From the human T2T-CHM13v2.0 reference genome, Homo sapiens: a stretch of DNA of 64,000 nt. The DNA is taken from the NCBI RefSeq assembly GCF_009914755.1, contig NC_060930.1. One strand, given 5' to 3'. The position numbers were made by a program, and so were the translations under genes. The notes beneath the pieces are model-generated. The model made no database searches and had not been told where the DNA came from. It saw nothing but the letters and a program-made list of their open reading frames with translations. How positions within the stretch are numbered: the stretch's first letter is position 1; the number at the start of each line of letters is the position of its first letter. Below are positions 1-15,488 of the stretch, piece after piece.

Positions 1-48
1 TGCAACTTAGATTCCAGTCTTATTGTTAACATCCTGCTACCTTCAAAT

Positions 49-345
49 ATTTTATTTATTTATTGAGACAGAGTCTTACTTTTTGCCCAGGCTGGAGTGC
101 AGTGGCATGATCTCGGCTCACTGCAACCTCTGCCTCCTGGGTTCAATTGATTCTTCTGCCTCAGCCTCCTGAGTAGCTGGGATAACAGGCATGTTCCACC
201 ATGCCTGGCTAATTTTTGTATTTTTAGTAGAGGCAGGGTTTCACCATGTTGGCCAGGCTGGTCTTGAACTCCTGACCTCAACTAATCAGCTCACCTCAGC
301 CTCCCAAAGTGCTGGGATTACAGGAGTTAGCCACTGCGCCTGGCC
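49..345 (-). mobile_element. AluS-type SINE
   Basis: Full dimeric Alu, reverse orientation; TSD taccttcaaat at 38-48 and 346-356. Confidence 0.93.
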
Positions 346-2804
346 TACCTTCAAATTTTTGTCTCAGTGGATAAGACAGATTTTGTTACCCATTTTCTTC
401 TTCAAATTGACTTGTTTGTTCTATTAAGATATACATTTTCACTTCCACTTTCTAATATTGAATCCCTCAGTTTCCCTTTGTAAATACATATGTGCATATG
501 TGTATGCACACACACACACATATATACTCCCAAACACACCCATATATTCTTTATTGTAATACCCCGCTTGTTGATATATAGTTATGGGAGGACAAAGGTA
601 TTTTCTGTAATATGGTTGTGTTCTCCTATGAATGCTTTGGGAAATTCCCTAATGTTTTTCTATCTGTGTCATATCTATTATATTTTTATAACCCTTGTTA
701 ACATTTTAATATTATTTTTATTTTCCCATAAATTTTATGTTTAAATCTTCTGAATTAGATCAGCAGTTCACCAGAGAAATAAGTCTTCCGTGTCCCTTTG
801 AAAATACTTTCTAAGTCACAAATCCCCACCAAGTTTGGTATCTTAAATCATGATTCTGCCACCATCTATATAACCAGCTGCTCAGCATTTTTCCTTTCCT
901 AAATCACACATTGAATGGGAGGAAGAATTTTAACACTTGGAACCCTTTAAAGGAACCCTTTAGCTTTCTGCCTAGGATGTCATGAATTCTAAAAATGGTT
1001 TGCATGTGTATTATGATGGCATCATTCATACCCACATGAATCAGCAGGCATGGATAGTTGTCAGCAGGTGTGATAAGGCTTGGCAGTTTTTCCATTATGT
1101 CCTGGATACATGCTGCAGAAAGGCAATGGCTTTTCTGTTTGGCCATGTCAAGTCTACATAAAATTTACTCATTCTCCTTGGTGAATGACTAGCTTTGTTC
1201 AATTAGATAGCCTTCATTCTTTTCTGAAAATAAACTGTTATTTCATCCTAAGTAATTAATATCTGAATTTTTGTATGTTTTGGAATTTCTATGTTTTATA
1301 TCTGTAATAAAATTAAGATATATGTACATCTTAATTTATTGAGTCAATATTAATATATTTCTGAAATAATTCAAAGATTAATAGCACTATTTTATAACAA
1401 CATTATAGACAATATTGGTAGATGCATCATTCATTGTTATTTGGATGACTTAAATTATATCAGAATTACTAAATAAGAATTAAATATTGATAAAAATAGA
1501 GGGAAAGAGTATCCCATACTGTGCCATCTTTGAGGTCACAGCTCATGAAAGAGAGAAAACTGCAAAACAGACTTTATCTTTGGGTATTATTTCACAACAA
1601 TCTTATCTTACTTTGTTCTGTGGTTGGCAGGCCGTGTGCTATAGAGGCCAACAGCCAGAGTCTCTGCAGGAGGATTTCAAATAGTGCCAAATCAGAAAGA
1701 GATAGCAGCCAAAGGGAACTGACATTGCAATTGCTAGAATTTCTCCTGAAAATGTTCATATTTTAGGTAAAAATAAGCAAAATTATGTTACTGCAGTCAC
1801 TACCATGTAAAACAAGGGGCAATCTTGGTTGGGTTAAGTTATAACATGATGTTAAAAATGGAAAGTACATATCTGAAAGATATTCATGCAGTCAAATTAA
1901 TAAAAATGTCAGAATAAGCTATTTCTTATTCTGGAGGTTGTTAGAAATGAAGTAGACTAAGATGCATTCTCTGTTAGGGAAAGTCATGAAATACAGTCAT
2001 AATTTGGTTCTATAATTCCTTTCATCAATTTAGCACAAAACAGATAATTAAATAAAAATTATTTAGTAGTGATAAAATTTGTATTCTGGGAGTTAATCAT
2101 CCTTGTTAAATTAAAGGACAAATTAATGTTGGGAAATTCTGGGACAGCTAAAAGACATTAAAAAGGACATTAAGTATATTAATTAAACCATATCAAATTG
2201 CCATTTTTTGGTAAAAAATGGTTGATATTTATAATTACATATGGTTCAATTTAGGTAGTATTTAATTCATTATTTACATTATAAATATTTATATAAATTT
2301 ATCTTTTTCCACCAGACTCTGAGTCCTGCTAGTGCAGGCTTATTGATTTATGTATCACCAGTATATATCACAGTATCTGATACTCTACAGCTGTTGAAAA
2401 AATGTTGAATAAGAAACTGAGACTATTCGCCAGGACAATTGTCTCCAGCAGTTTGATTGACTATCACTCAAAATATATGTACATGTATTGACTTACAAAT
2501 TATGTTCTGATTCATTATACATGTTACATCATAAAACATATATATACATATATTAAACATTTTTAAAGATAATTTTATTTTGTCTAGGAAGAAGACATTG
2601 GCTTAGAAAAACTCCAACATTTTAGCCTGACAGTAAATACTAAATTTGCAATTGCTTGGAAAGAACAAGTGCAGTAATTTAAATCTGGCTTTTCATCTTT
2701 CTTATTTTAAAGGAATTGAATTAGGGCAAAGAAAAGGAACTAACTTTTATTAAGCACCTGGAATAAGAAAACAAATTTATGTACATTATTAAATTTACAC
2801 TTAA

Positions 2805-3127
<323 letters not shown>

Positions 3128-3487
3128 AGAAGTATTATTTTTGCTAAGCAGAATTTAAAGCTGAAAATCTGAGAAGTTAGATAAATTGTCCACAGCCATT
3201 ATCCAGTTCCTAGTTCCAGAGCCTGGCCTAAAACCTGGTCTGAGGTCTGGTAATAAAGCCTGACATGTGCGTTTCCTTCCTAAAAATGATGATAGTAGTC
3301 TATCAATGAGGGTTAAAAAATGGACATTTTTCATAAATTTATGCATTTTACTTCTGTATGACCTGTATGGAGAAAAGTGATTTTCTCTTTTTGGTAAATA
3401 AGCAAGACTCCTAAATCAAGGCAACTATTCAATATTTCTAACTTCTTGGTTTCTTTTAATAGCAACAGCAGTAGCAACACAAGCTAA

Positions 3488-3833
<346 letters not shown>

Positions 3834-4802
3834 GTGTGTGCCAGTTTCTATGATAAATATCGTACCTAAAGTTGCCTCATGTAGCCTTCATAATTACCCG
3901 GTTGAGGTATTATTTTTACCATTTTGCTCTTGTGAATACTGAGGCTTAAAGGGACCAAGTTGGCCAGTGTTACACAGAAGGTAAGTGACAGGGCTAGGAT
4001 TTGAACATAAGTTTCTTAGACTCCAAAGTCCCTTCTCTGTAATCACAATAAATACTGCTGCCCTTCTGAAGAGCCAGATTTTGTGATGTGTCCATGATGC
4101 TTCCTTTATTTTACCCTTCTCACCGAGGCCCAGATAAATGTGTTTGAAAACCATTCAATCATACTCATTGGGAATAGTAAGGTAAATAAAAGCATCAAAC
4201 CTTGTAGAGGAATCCTTTGTCCTCTCAGTGGCATAGCTAGTATTTCTTCCATGGCTAGCTGATTAATGGCAGACAAAGCAGCATGCCTATTGCACATATC
4301 TATAGCACAAGCTATAGTAACAAGACTTATCAATATCTCAATGCTATAGCAAGAAAAAGCATTCAGGGAGAATTATGCAATTATTTTTCTGTAGTTTCTG
4401 ACTCCTTGATTTGGGAAAGTTAGTAGCTGAATGCTCAGAGAGAGAGAGAAAGAGAAGGGTTGTAACTATATAGAGGGTTAGGTTAAGCCTTGTGGATTAG
4501 CTGCAGTTGGACAGGAGCTTGGTAGAGGAATAATAGACTTTCCATGTTCTTTCATTCAGGCCCACTGGCTATTTCATTCACCGCTTTTTAACTTACATTT
4601 CATGACTTTTCTAGAATTAACAGGGCAAATGGTTCAAAATACTGCCAGTTAATTTGTAGATAATTTTAAATTCTCTCATCATTGTGAGATATTGTGGTAC
4701 AGTGAAAAAAGTACTATATTTTGAAGCAAAACATTGAGACCCTCTTTTACCATGTACTAACTGTAAATTTGTAAGGTCACCTCTATTTTCTAAATTTCTT
4801 TT

Positions 4803-4955
4803 TTCTTATTTATGTATCTATTTCTTCTAAATTTTTTGTAGAGATGGGGGTCCCACTATGTTATCCAGGCTGGTCTCAAACTTGCGGGCTCAAGTGATTC
4901 TCTCACCTTGGCTTCCAAAAGTGCTGGGATTTCAGGCATGAGCCACCACACCTAG
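4803..4955 (-). mobile_element. Alu left monomer (FLAM-like)
   Basis: Monomer only; flanked by direct repeat ctattttctaaatttctttttt. Confidence 0.8.
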
Positions 4956-4974
4956 CTATTTTCTAAATTTCTTT

Positions 4975-6480
4975 TTTTTTTATTTTTACTTTTTATTATG
5001 GGGAATTTTAAATATGTACAAAAGTAGACACAATAGTAATAACAAACCCTCATGTATTCTACCTAGTTTCAAAAATTATGAACTCACTATGGCATCTTAT
5101 TTCTTTGTCCTTCTCACTTTACTTTTCCATTTTATATCATAGTAAATCCGAGACATCACATCATTTTATTGATACATATTATGTTTTGTATTACTAAAAA
5201 TATGGGCTTTAAAAACCATATATAACCAAAATACCAGAATACTACCTAAAATAAACTAATAACTTTTTAACATCATCAAATATACAATGATCTAATTTCC
5301 AATTGCCTTACAAACTTCATTTTTTCCCCCCTACCATTGGGTTTTTGGAATAGGGATTCAAATAAAGTCCATCCATTACAATAGGTTGACATTATTTTAC
5401 CATCTGGATTTTGCTGATTGCAACCCCATGATAATCTTCAACATGTTCATCTGTCCTCTATATTTTCTGTAAATTGGTGGTTGGTTCTAGAGGCTTAATC
5501 ACACTTAACGTTGGATATGTTTGTTTGTTCTCGTGCAAAATTACTTCATAGATGATACTGTCTTCTTCCCTCAGAAGGTTGTTAATGTTTGTGTCTCTTG
5601 TGATGTTAGGAACCAGTGATGATCACTATCTAGCTTTATTAATTCATTAGGGGCTAAATGAGGAGATTCTATTTCTTTCACTTTCTCCTCACTTATTAGC
5701 TGGAATATTTCTAAAAGAAAAACCTTCCCTATGTACTATTTAGTTTCCCATTCATACAATTTCATGTAGAAAAGAAAAAAATAAATGCTTATTTTCCTTT
5801 ATTTACCACTTTTCAAAATGATAAATTGGTTCTTTATCATCTTACAACACCTTATATGTTAATTTTTGTATCATTACAAACTATAAATAAATATATTTAT
5901 TGTGCTTCAATTCTTTTCCATGATTGTTCTTTTTGAGTTTTAATTATTTTATTTTGGTCATTGTGAACCTCCTCAACGAGCCTCAAAATAATTTTGACTC
6001 TGACCTGTTTCTCATTGATAGTGTCTTTTGTTGAGTATTAACACGATTTTCCAGAATTATCTTGTATATATTTTTGCCCCAGCCCTAAATTAGCAGTTTA
6101 TCAAAGTAGCTTGGTTTCTTTCGGTGGGAATTGTTACATCAAAACTGTAATACAGGCACTGTGGTACTCATTGCTTTCGACTTAGTCACAGTTCATAGGC
6201 TTCTCTGTAGACAAAGCTGGAAAATATTTTATTTCATTTCATTTTAAATTATAAAACCCATTAAGAGTTTATTTTGATAATTCCAACTCAAATTTAGAAC
6301 TACAATAATTTAATCTTCTATTTTATGTCTGTATCTCCTTTCCCTGACAGTGAAAAATCTAGGTTTTTAGTGATAACAGAAGTGGTAGAATTAGAATATT
6401 ATGTAGTCATTTGCGTTATTCCAAAAACAAACATAAGAGTCTCAGAATACCAATACTAACATGAACATATGTTGTAACTG
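4975..6480 (-). mobile_element. Ancient L1 (L1MC/ME-like) 3' region, degraded
   Basis: Begins tttttattatggggaattttaaatatgtacaaaagtaga…, typical of reverse-oriented old L1M 3' UTRs; boundaries approximate. Confidence 0.55.
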
Positions 6481-6731
6481 TAATAAATATGAGCAATAAT
6501 ATTGCATATGTAAGAGTACACAGTAAATTCAAAGCTTTGTACAAAGTTAAGTAGTTTTAAAATATCATCCTGAAAATACTGTAGATGTATTTCCACAAAT
6601 CTCCGAAAGAGAAAATATTGTTAGACGTATGATACAAACTGACAAAAGAACTTATATTAGAAGGTAAACTTTGAATTATTGGTCTGCAATATGGTAAAAC
6701 TGAATATTTTAAATCAAGACAAAATAAGACG

Positions 6732-7021
6732 GGCTGGGCGCGGTGGCTCACGCTTGTAATCCCAGCACTTTGGGAGGCCGAGGCGGGAGGATCACGAGGT
6801 CAGGAAATCGAGACCACGGTGAAACCCAGTCTCTACTAAAAATACAAAAAATTAGCCTGGCGTGGTGGCGGGCGCCTGTAGTCCCAGCTACTTGGAGAGG
6901 CTGAGGCAGGAGAATGGCGTGAACCTGGGAGGCGGAGCTTGCAGTAAGCCGAGATCTTGCCACTGCACTCCAGCCTGGGCGGCAGAGCGAGACTCCGTCT
7001 CAAAAAAAAAAAAAAAAAAAA
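6732..7021 (+). mobile_element. AluY, Yd lineage (12-bp left-arm deletion)
   Basis: GAGACCACGGTGAAACC at ~6810-6826 lacks TCCTGGCTAACA of AluY; AluY right-arm diagnostics (GAATGGCGTGAACC, GCTTGCAG); A20 tail. Confidence 0.85.
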
Positions 7022-8289
7022 GAAAATAACACGATCACCATGTCCAACTTCCAAAACACTTTTGCTGCAATATTCCTATGAATATAATAAGATTTCCTAA
7101 GAAGCAAGGGCATTTTAAAGGAAGAAATCATTTTGTTCTTTCTTAAGATCTAGAATTTAAACTCACAATATAATCTGATGCATTGTAAGTTATGGAGAGT
7201 ATGAAGTCTTTGTGGGGAAAATGAACTAGATACGTAATTATGAATACAATCCATGAAAGGTAACTAACTGTTTCCAGATATACTTAAGAACACTCATTTT
7301 ATTTCTATGTCTTTACTTTTAAAGGACTCTTTGAACATCAATAATTACTAACCAGTTAGGTTTTATATTAATATTAATATGACAAAAAAAGAAAAAAAAG
7401 GAACAGAATATTAGTGAAAATGTGGGTCTTCTATTTTTGCTGCATGATAATTGATAGTTTTCCAACATATTAATAAGGCATTGCTGGGGTTTTCTACTGT
7501 GTATAGTAATATAAAATATTTGTAGCATAGAATATATTAAAATAATAGTACAAATAAAATCAATTGAAATACAGTCTTATGTTACTGGATACAATAATTT
7601 GTTAATTAAAATTATATTAATTTTTAAGACTGTTCCACATATTACATTTAAAACTTTTAATTAATGTTTTTGAATTAATTGAAGCTATCCAATATTGTAA
7701 TTTACATAGATTTAGCTATGGGATGAAGTATAAAGATAAATTACTTTTTTTAATAAAAATGGAAGAAAATATCCAATTAATAGTTGCTGGAGAAGAAATA
7801 TCACAATATTTCTTAGATAACTTCTTCTCCTATAAGTATATAGTATTGATTACATAAAATTTATGTTGGTAAAGTGATTGATTTATCTTCTTTTATTATG
7901 TATTTTCAGAATTCAAGACTTAGTTGTAAAAGTATTCATATGATGTAATTAGCTTTTACAAATGTTAAACACAATCTTATTCCAAAAGGTATCTTAATTT
8001 GTATCAAAGTAAATCTCTTTTGAAAGGCAATATGTGCCTGAGATATGTTTGTGCATAATTAGATTGTTCTATCTCAAAGTTGCTTAAGGAAACAAAGCTA
8101 TTATGTTGTAGGAGACAGTAAAATGATTTAGGATATGGGTTCTGGATTCTAGTTCAGATTTTCTGTCTTACGTAGCTGTCTGATTTGGGGCATTTCAATT
8201 ATCTACTTAATATTTTGTAAGTGTTTACCCTACAGTAGACCTATGCTAACCAATCATAATGTAAATGTAACCAAAAGAGCTATAATCCT

Positions 8290-8730
8290 TTTCCCCACAG
8301 AACATTCAGTCTCACGAGGGAAATAGACACACATGCAATTACTATCCATAAAATGTGATGAGTGCTATGTGAAGGAGGACAGGGTACTAGGTTAGCACAT
8401 AGCTGAGGCTCCTTACTCAAATCCTGGATGATCAGGGAGGTGCAGCCTATGCTAACTAGGAACTGGATTATGGGAACGAGGGATGAGTGATCCAGATAGC
8501 AGAAACGATATGTGCAATGGCTCAGAGGTAAGAAAACCTGGCTCCTGTGAGGAAATGAAATGTTACTCGGTATGGATGGATCATGGGAATCAGAGGAGTA
8601 AGGGATAGCGGAATGTAAACAAAGACAGATGAAAAGAGGCTGGACTATGAAGGGCCTCATAATCCACATGGGAGAATATGAACTTGATCCTTTCAGCGAT
8701 GTAGGCACTCTTGAAGCCTTTTAAAATTAA
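8290..8730. mobile_element. L2 fragment, degraded
   Basis: Purine-rich L2-like text (…cattcagtctcacgagggaaatagacac…, gactatgaagggcctcataatcc…); boundaries approximate. Confidence 0.45.
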
Positions 8731-8853
8731 CTCTGCTTGAATTGTGGCCAATGGCCGACACCAACAGGTTGATCCTGAAAGCAAGGAACAAGAAGAAAAG
8801 ACATGAAAACAAGTCACTTAAACTCACTGTCCCTTATGACAGGATTAGCATAA

Positions 8854-9185
<332 letters not shown>

Positions 9186-10091
9186 GCATAAATCATTTCT
9201 AAATTCACTCCTAGCCATATTATATGAGTTCAAAATCTTTTCTACCTAGTCTAGACTCTAGAGAGTTTTCGAGAAGATTTTTCCTCATGGAGATATAATG
9301 GGAGAAAATGAGTTCCATCTTCCAGATAAACTAGTGTGTTATCTGCCTTAGCTCGTCAGATACATGAGAAATCAGACCACACACTAATAAAAACCTAATT
9401 TAAAAGTGTATCTACTAAGTGTGTATGATAAGTTTTTGACATTTGGAACAGAGCAGTATCAGATGCAGCACTATAGTAACATTAATACAATATGACAAAG
9501 TGGTAACTAAATATTGTGAAATATATTATTCTCTTACAGATGTGTCTAGTTTATTGACAGAACTGATTTATATAGTGCATTTCATCCTAGGAAAGCAATT
9601 TTATGAAACATTATTATAATGGAAATTGTGTTTTTTCAATTAGTTGTTGAACGCCAAGACTTTAACTCCTGGGGGAAAATGTTTATAAGGAATACTTTCT
9701 GTTAAGAGTGGGCATGTGGGCACTTCATTAGAAAGGTTTTATACTAGAGGACTTTTATAGGTGGTATAAAACTCCCTCCCCCCCAGGTTTTGTGTTGTTT
9801 AATAACATCTGAAGCCAACATGATGCCATTCCTTGTTAGTGCTGCTGCTGCACAGTTTCAGACAAGATGAGCAGAAGAGGTAAGTTTCCCTAAGGGAGTA
9901 GTTAGAAAATTAATTAAACTGAGGGAGGCACTGGGATATTTAGAAAACAAATTAGAGTCAAGAACAAACACACACAAGAACAAAAGGGAGTAATAAGAAC
10001 CAAGGGAGAAAGAACAAAGTTTAAGTCATGGCTTTCCCTCCACTGTCCTAAACAGAATCTGGATAATGTATCTTAGAAAATTAAGTTTCTT

Positions 10092-10218
10092 ATCTACATT
10101 TATAATCTACATTTATAAATGGTTACATTTATAATCTACATTTATAAATGGTTACATTTATAATCTGAAAATAATCTGAAATATCTACATTTATAAATGG
10201 TTACATTTACAACATTTA
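10092..10218. repeat. Compound AT-rich minisatellite (TCTACATTTATAAATGGTTACATTTATAA-like units)
   Basis: Three copies of atctacatttataaatggttacattta plus partial units. Confidence 0.85.
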
Positions 10219-11652
10219 AACATTTTATTCCAACACTGTTTAAAAGATACGTTTTCTCCTAAGCAAAGCCTTCATGCCAATCATGAATCTCAGAGGCTGT
10301 TCTACTAAACGTCATTTTGAAGGTTGCCATAAACTCTTCATAAAGGACAAGTTTATAAGGGCTTGGTATAAAAATAAACATTCAAGCGCTCTCTGAAAAT
10401 AATTTCTTTAAATGACCATTTGAAATTAAAAATAAGATTTATTTTTGGTGTTGAATTAACTGCAAATACAAGAGTACTACAACTTCTTAGACAAGTAGGC
10501 TTTAATGTACTAGTTTAAAATACAGAGTTGTCTTGTCTGCCAGTCAATATTTATGAATTTATTCAATTTTCATGAAGTTTGATAAAAAATTTGGCATTTT
10601 TTGCTATTGCACTTACTAAGAATTAATCCTCACACTTCCTAAATCAAATGGATATTCTTAAAAGCAAAGACATCTTATTAGATATGCATTTAATTTTGAA
10701 AAGCGACCTTCTGAAACTTGTAAGTAATTACTTTGTAAAAACTCTAGTGGTTGAGATTCACGTTCCAGAAAAATCTTGCTTTAAATAGCTTTAAATGGGA
10801 CATATATGGTTAGCATGGAATGAGAAAAGAAAATATATGCCCTCTCATTGATATTATATTATTGGATTATTATGCTTTGTGGCCTTTGAACTGGTGAATA
10901 TTAGAGCCACTTGTTACATTATCTATCAAAAGAAAAATATTTTTAAACATGAGGATTGGGGTTTAGGCAACCATTTTACAAATAAATCAATTAATATTTA
11001 TACAGTACCTAATGTATTTAAATTTTTAAGTTCAGTTTAAATTTAAAAGTTCAGTTCTTCATGGAAAACAATATAGTAAGGAAGAAAAATCATGAATATG
11101 TTAAATTATTAAAATGTAAACAAAATTGGACAATTATACATAGTGATAATAATAACTATGTTTTCCTGGATGTTTAGTCTAGTGAAGCACTCTACATGCA
11201 TTATTTCATTTAAAAGTTTACAGTGGGAATACATTTAACTTCTTTTCTCAACATGCAGATGAGATAAATACAATTATCATTCTATTTCATAGATTGGTAT
11301 ACTGAGGTTCAAAGGGGATGAGCGATTCGCCTAAGGACATAGAGTCCAGCTTCAAACAATAAAGTCTGGCTTCCTACATGAGTAATTTCACAAACTGAGT
11401 TACTAAGGCCTCTCTTTCATAAATCCAGGCATGGAGATCCTGTGTTAATGGAATTGAGATCCTTCCAGGTACAGTTTGAAAAGTCTACCCTAGTGGTCTG
11501 CAAATGGAAAATAACATTTTCTTCATTTCTTTTAAAAAAGCAATTTCTCTAATGTTTTGTCTTTTACTTACTTCAGTCTGTCCATTTTAGTAGTTTTTTT
11601 CTGCTTAGAATTGATATCTGAATTATAAATGCTAGCTTTATTTTTGGCATTA

Positions 11653-11975
<323 letters not shown>

Positions 11976-13575
11976 AAGGTAGGTTGAGTATAAAGTATAG
12001 TGTATAAATGATGAGTTAAAGCATTTTAATATTTTTTTCAGTGTATTTCAGTACTTATCTTGCTATAACTAAGCCAGAATGCATGATGTGGGGATTATTA
12101 TCCATTTGATATATTATCCTCCTTAAAATATAGTTTATGTAATTCAAAGCATATGTGGATTATTAAGTGCACATTGTTTATAGTTAAATAACTTGCTGGT
12201 GTTCATCCATTGCTCCCTGTTGGAAGATACTCCAATGTTGAAAGCAAAATCTCTGCTGTTTGTTTAATTGTGCCCCAGGGTACAGTTGGGAATGTGTCTA
12301 TGAGTGAAAGAACACCAGTTTTAATAAGAATACAATGTAATTTAACAGTTCATAAAACAGTAAAATTTAATCCTGAACTGAGAGATTTATTAAATTTCAC
12401 TCAGCAGAATAGAGCATGGGATATAAGAGCAAGTGAGAATTAAGTGAAATGATTTCAGGGGTAATAGATTTTATTACGTGATAAACTGGGGGAATCATTC
12501 TTTTTTTGAAAAGCTATTTATTCTTAATTCATTCTTTGGAAATAATTGTCTTACATAGGAAAGCTTTTTGGAGACAAAATAAATAAACTTGAAACTATTA
12601 AAAGCTTTTGTTTAACTTTATTTGTTTAATTTCAAAAGAGTAAAACTATACTACTAAAATCATATCACCATTATGGCTAAAATATTTTAAACTGTAAGTG
12701 AAAGTATTTTGCATTCAGGGAAAAAGGACCAGTCTTCTTTTTGTAATATTCATTTAAAGTCCTCCCAAACTAAATGATGCTTGACAACATGCTGTCTCAG
12801 AGAGTTTCATTTTTGCATATCAAGTAGCATATTAAAAAATTCTTAGGCATATTCTCTGCATCTGTAATGATTGATTCCATTGGAGCTTTACCTAAAATGG
12901 GAAATATTTTAAAATTTATTTTGTTTTTCCCTTTCTTTTAAATTATGTAAAGAAGTATTAAACAGTTTGAACATGCTATTGAAGATTATAATGAGTTACA
13001 TTAGTAAAATTTTCTCAACTGTAAGACCTACAATTGCTATTTTTTATTTTCCTTTTTTTGTAGGGGTTGTAAAACAATTTTCTGAGTAAAAGAAGGAGGC
13101 TCCCCCAAAGCTAGATGTCTCTTTATTTGCATAACAAAACAGCAGCAACTATTGAGTGTATAGAGATTTAGCTGTGTTTTAATACACATTGTATCTATTG
13201 AGCTTCATTACACCTAGTGGAGAAAGTAGGGCAGATATTATTGCACCTACTTTATACCTTGGACAAATGAGGTTTGGAGAGGTTACTGTTTACCAGGGGA
13301 CATATGGCTGTTAAGTGCAGAACAGATTCAGCAATGGTCATTTGAGTTCAAGTCATAAAGACACCATTAAGGCCCTTTGTTGTGTATTAACCAGCCAACA
13401 TTTAATATTAGTTTTTAATGATATAAATAATTTTATTACAGTCACAATTGTGTTTGTAATTATTCAAAATCCATGAATAATTTCAATAATTGACTGTTTT
13501 AAAATAAGATTTTAAAAAATAAAAAAAGGTTTCTTTAATAATCACTAGCTAGATAAATGCAGCATTTTATTTTTT

Positions 13576-13887
13576 TTATTTTTTTATTTATTTTTATTTT
13601 TATTTTTTTTTGAGACGGAGTCTCGCTCTGTCGCCCAGGCCGGACTGCGGACTGCAGTGGCGCAATCTCGGCTCACTTCCCGGGTTCACGCCATTCTCCT
13701 GCCTCAGCCTCCCGAGTAGCTGGGACTACAGGCGCCCGCCACCGCGCCCGGCTAATTTTTTGTATTTTTAGTAGAGACGGGGTTTCACCTTGTTAGCCAG
13801 GATGGTCTCGATCTCCTGACCTCATGATCCACCCGCCTCGGCCTCCCAAAGTGCTGGGATTACAGGCGTGAGCCACCGCGCCCGGCC
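13576..13887 (-). mobile_element. AluYb8 (human-specific) with a 12-bp internal deletion
   Basis: 7-bp duplication ggactgcggactgcag and Yb8 diagnostics (GGGTGGATCATGAGG, AACAAGGTG, GGGAAG); CpGs intact; TSD agcattttatttttt at 13561-13575 and 13888-13902. Confidence 0.95.
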
Positions 13888-14030
13888 AGCATTTTATTTT
13901 TTAAACAAAAATATGTATATGTAAAATGTTTAACATTGTTGAGTGATGAAATACCTGTGAAAGTTTTTATAAACTACCTAAATATGAATTCAGTGATATT
14001 TAATTAAATGACTGTGAGATTATGGAATTA

Positions 14031-14483
14031 AATATATATATTTAATTATATATATTTATTATATATAATTAATTATATTTAATTATATATTTATTATATA
14101 TAATTAATTATATTTAATTATATATTTATTATATATAATTAATTATATTTAATTATATATTTATTATATATAATTAATTATGTTTAATTATATATTTATT
14201 ATATATAATTAATTATATTTAATTATATATTTATTATATATAATTAATTATATTTAATTATATATTTATTATATATAATTAATTATATTTAATTAATTAT
14301 ATATAATTATATATAATTATATATAATTATATTTAATTATATGTTTAATTATATATAATTATATATAATTATATGTTTAATTATATATAATTATATATTT
14401 AATTATATATAATTATATATAATTATATATTTAATTATATTTAATTATATAATTATATATTTAATTATATATAATTATATATA
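14031..14483. repeat. Almost pure A/T minisatellite: 35-bp unit (about 7 copies) decaying into ~10-bp units
   Basis: tatatttatt recurs at 14051, 14086, 14121 (period 35); the unit contains the palindrome atataattaattatat. Confidence 0.95.
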
Positions 14484-15488
14484 AATCAAGGTTAACACAA
14501 ACTATGCCTCTTAAGCTGTGTACTATTTTATGTTGAGATTTTTGCTTATCAAGTACAATCTATGAAAAGTTAACACTGTCATACAAAATTAATTTTTCAT
14601 CTCTTGACTTTGACAGCTATGTTTTATATCATCTACACAGTGTCTGTCTCATATGAGATACTTAATACATGTTAAATAGTAATAAGAATCAAATGTCAGC
14701 TCTTAGTTGATGGACATGACATGAAGTCTCAGTGATTCTTCAGAAATGAATCTGAACAGAACTATCCAAAGACAGTTAAATGGTTCAAAGAACTCTAATA
14801 TTGAGTGTCCTCTTTTGACTCCATCTAGAAAGATCATAGCATTCAGGGAGAAGAGGACTGCTGGATCACACATTAGTCTTTTCAAGCATACCTGTACACA
14901 GAAATAGTCTCTAGGGCCACTATCTTTGAATTCCATGGCTACAAATGGAAACAATGTGAATTGCTGGGTGGCCTTTGTGGTATGTCTGGTGCTGAGCAAT
15001 AATAAAGGAAAATGAAGGGAAAGCAAGAACACTTAAGTCTGTGTGACTCTAATGATTTTTAGTCATTTCTTCTTTTTTTTTCCCCATGCAGCTATTTTAA
15101 GTTAATACAGGTTCCCCTAAAGGCAAATATAACTGACTCATTAGGAAATCAGTTGGGAAAACAATATTTTGCAATTGTGGCCCCACCCCTTCATTTCTCC
15201 AGAGCTCATGATAGCACACATGCTCTATCTCTGTTGGCTATATTTTTAGCTTTCCCACATTATTTTGCAATATTCCTTTCCAGACTAAAAAATTAACAAA
15301 ACTCCACACTGAAGCAACAAATCACTATCTTACACAATAATTCACTAAAATAGGACCTTAAGGTATTTTGCCTTTCTTCAAACTCAGACTGAAAGCTTTT
15401 CTGGTCACGATTTTTCAAGGTTATACTTTTATAACAAAACCAGATGCAAAGATTTTACCTAATCAGATTTTACAATAATGCCCCCATT

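Noticed and set aside
14703-15032. 109-aa minus-strand ORF
   Set aside because: Non-ATG start, no recognisable homology or supporting gene structure.
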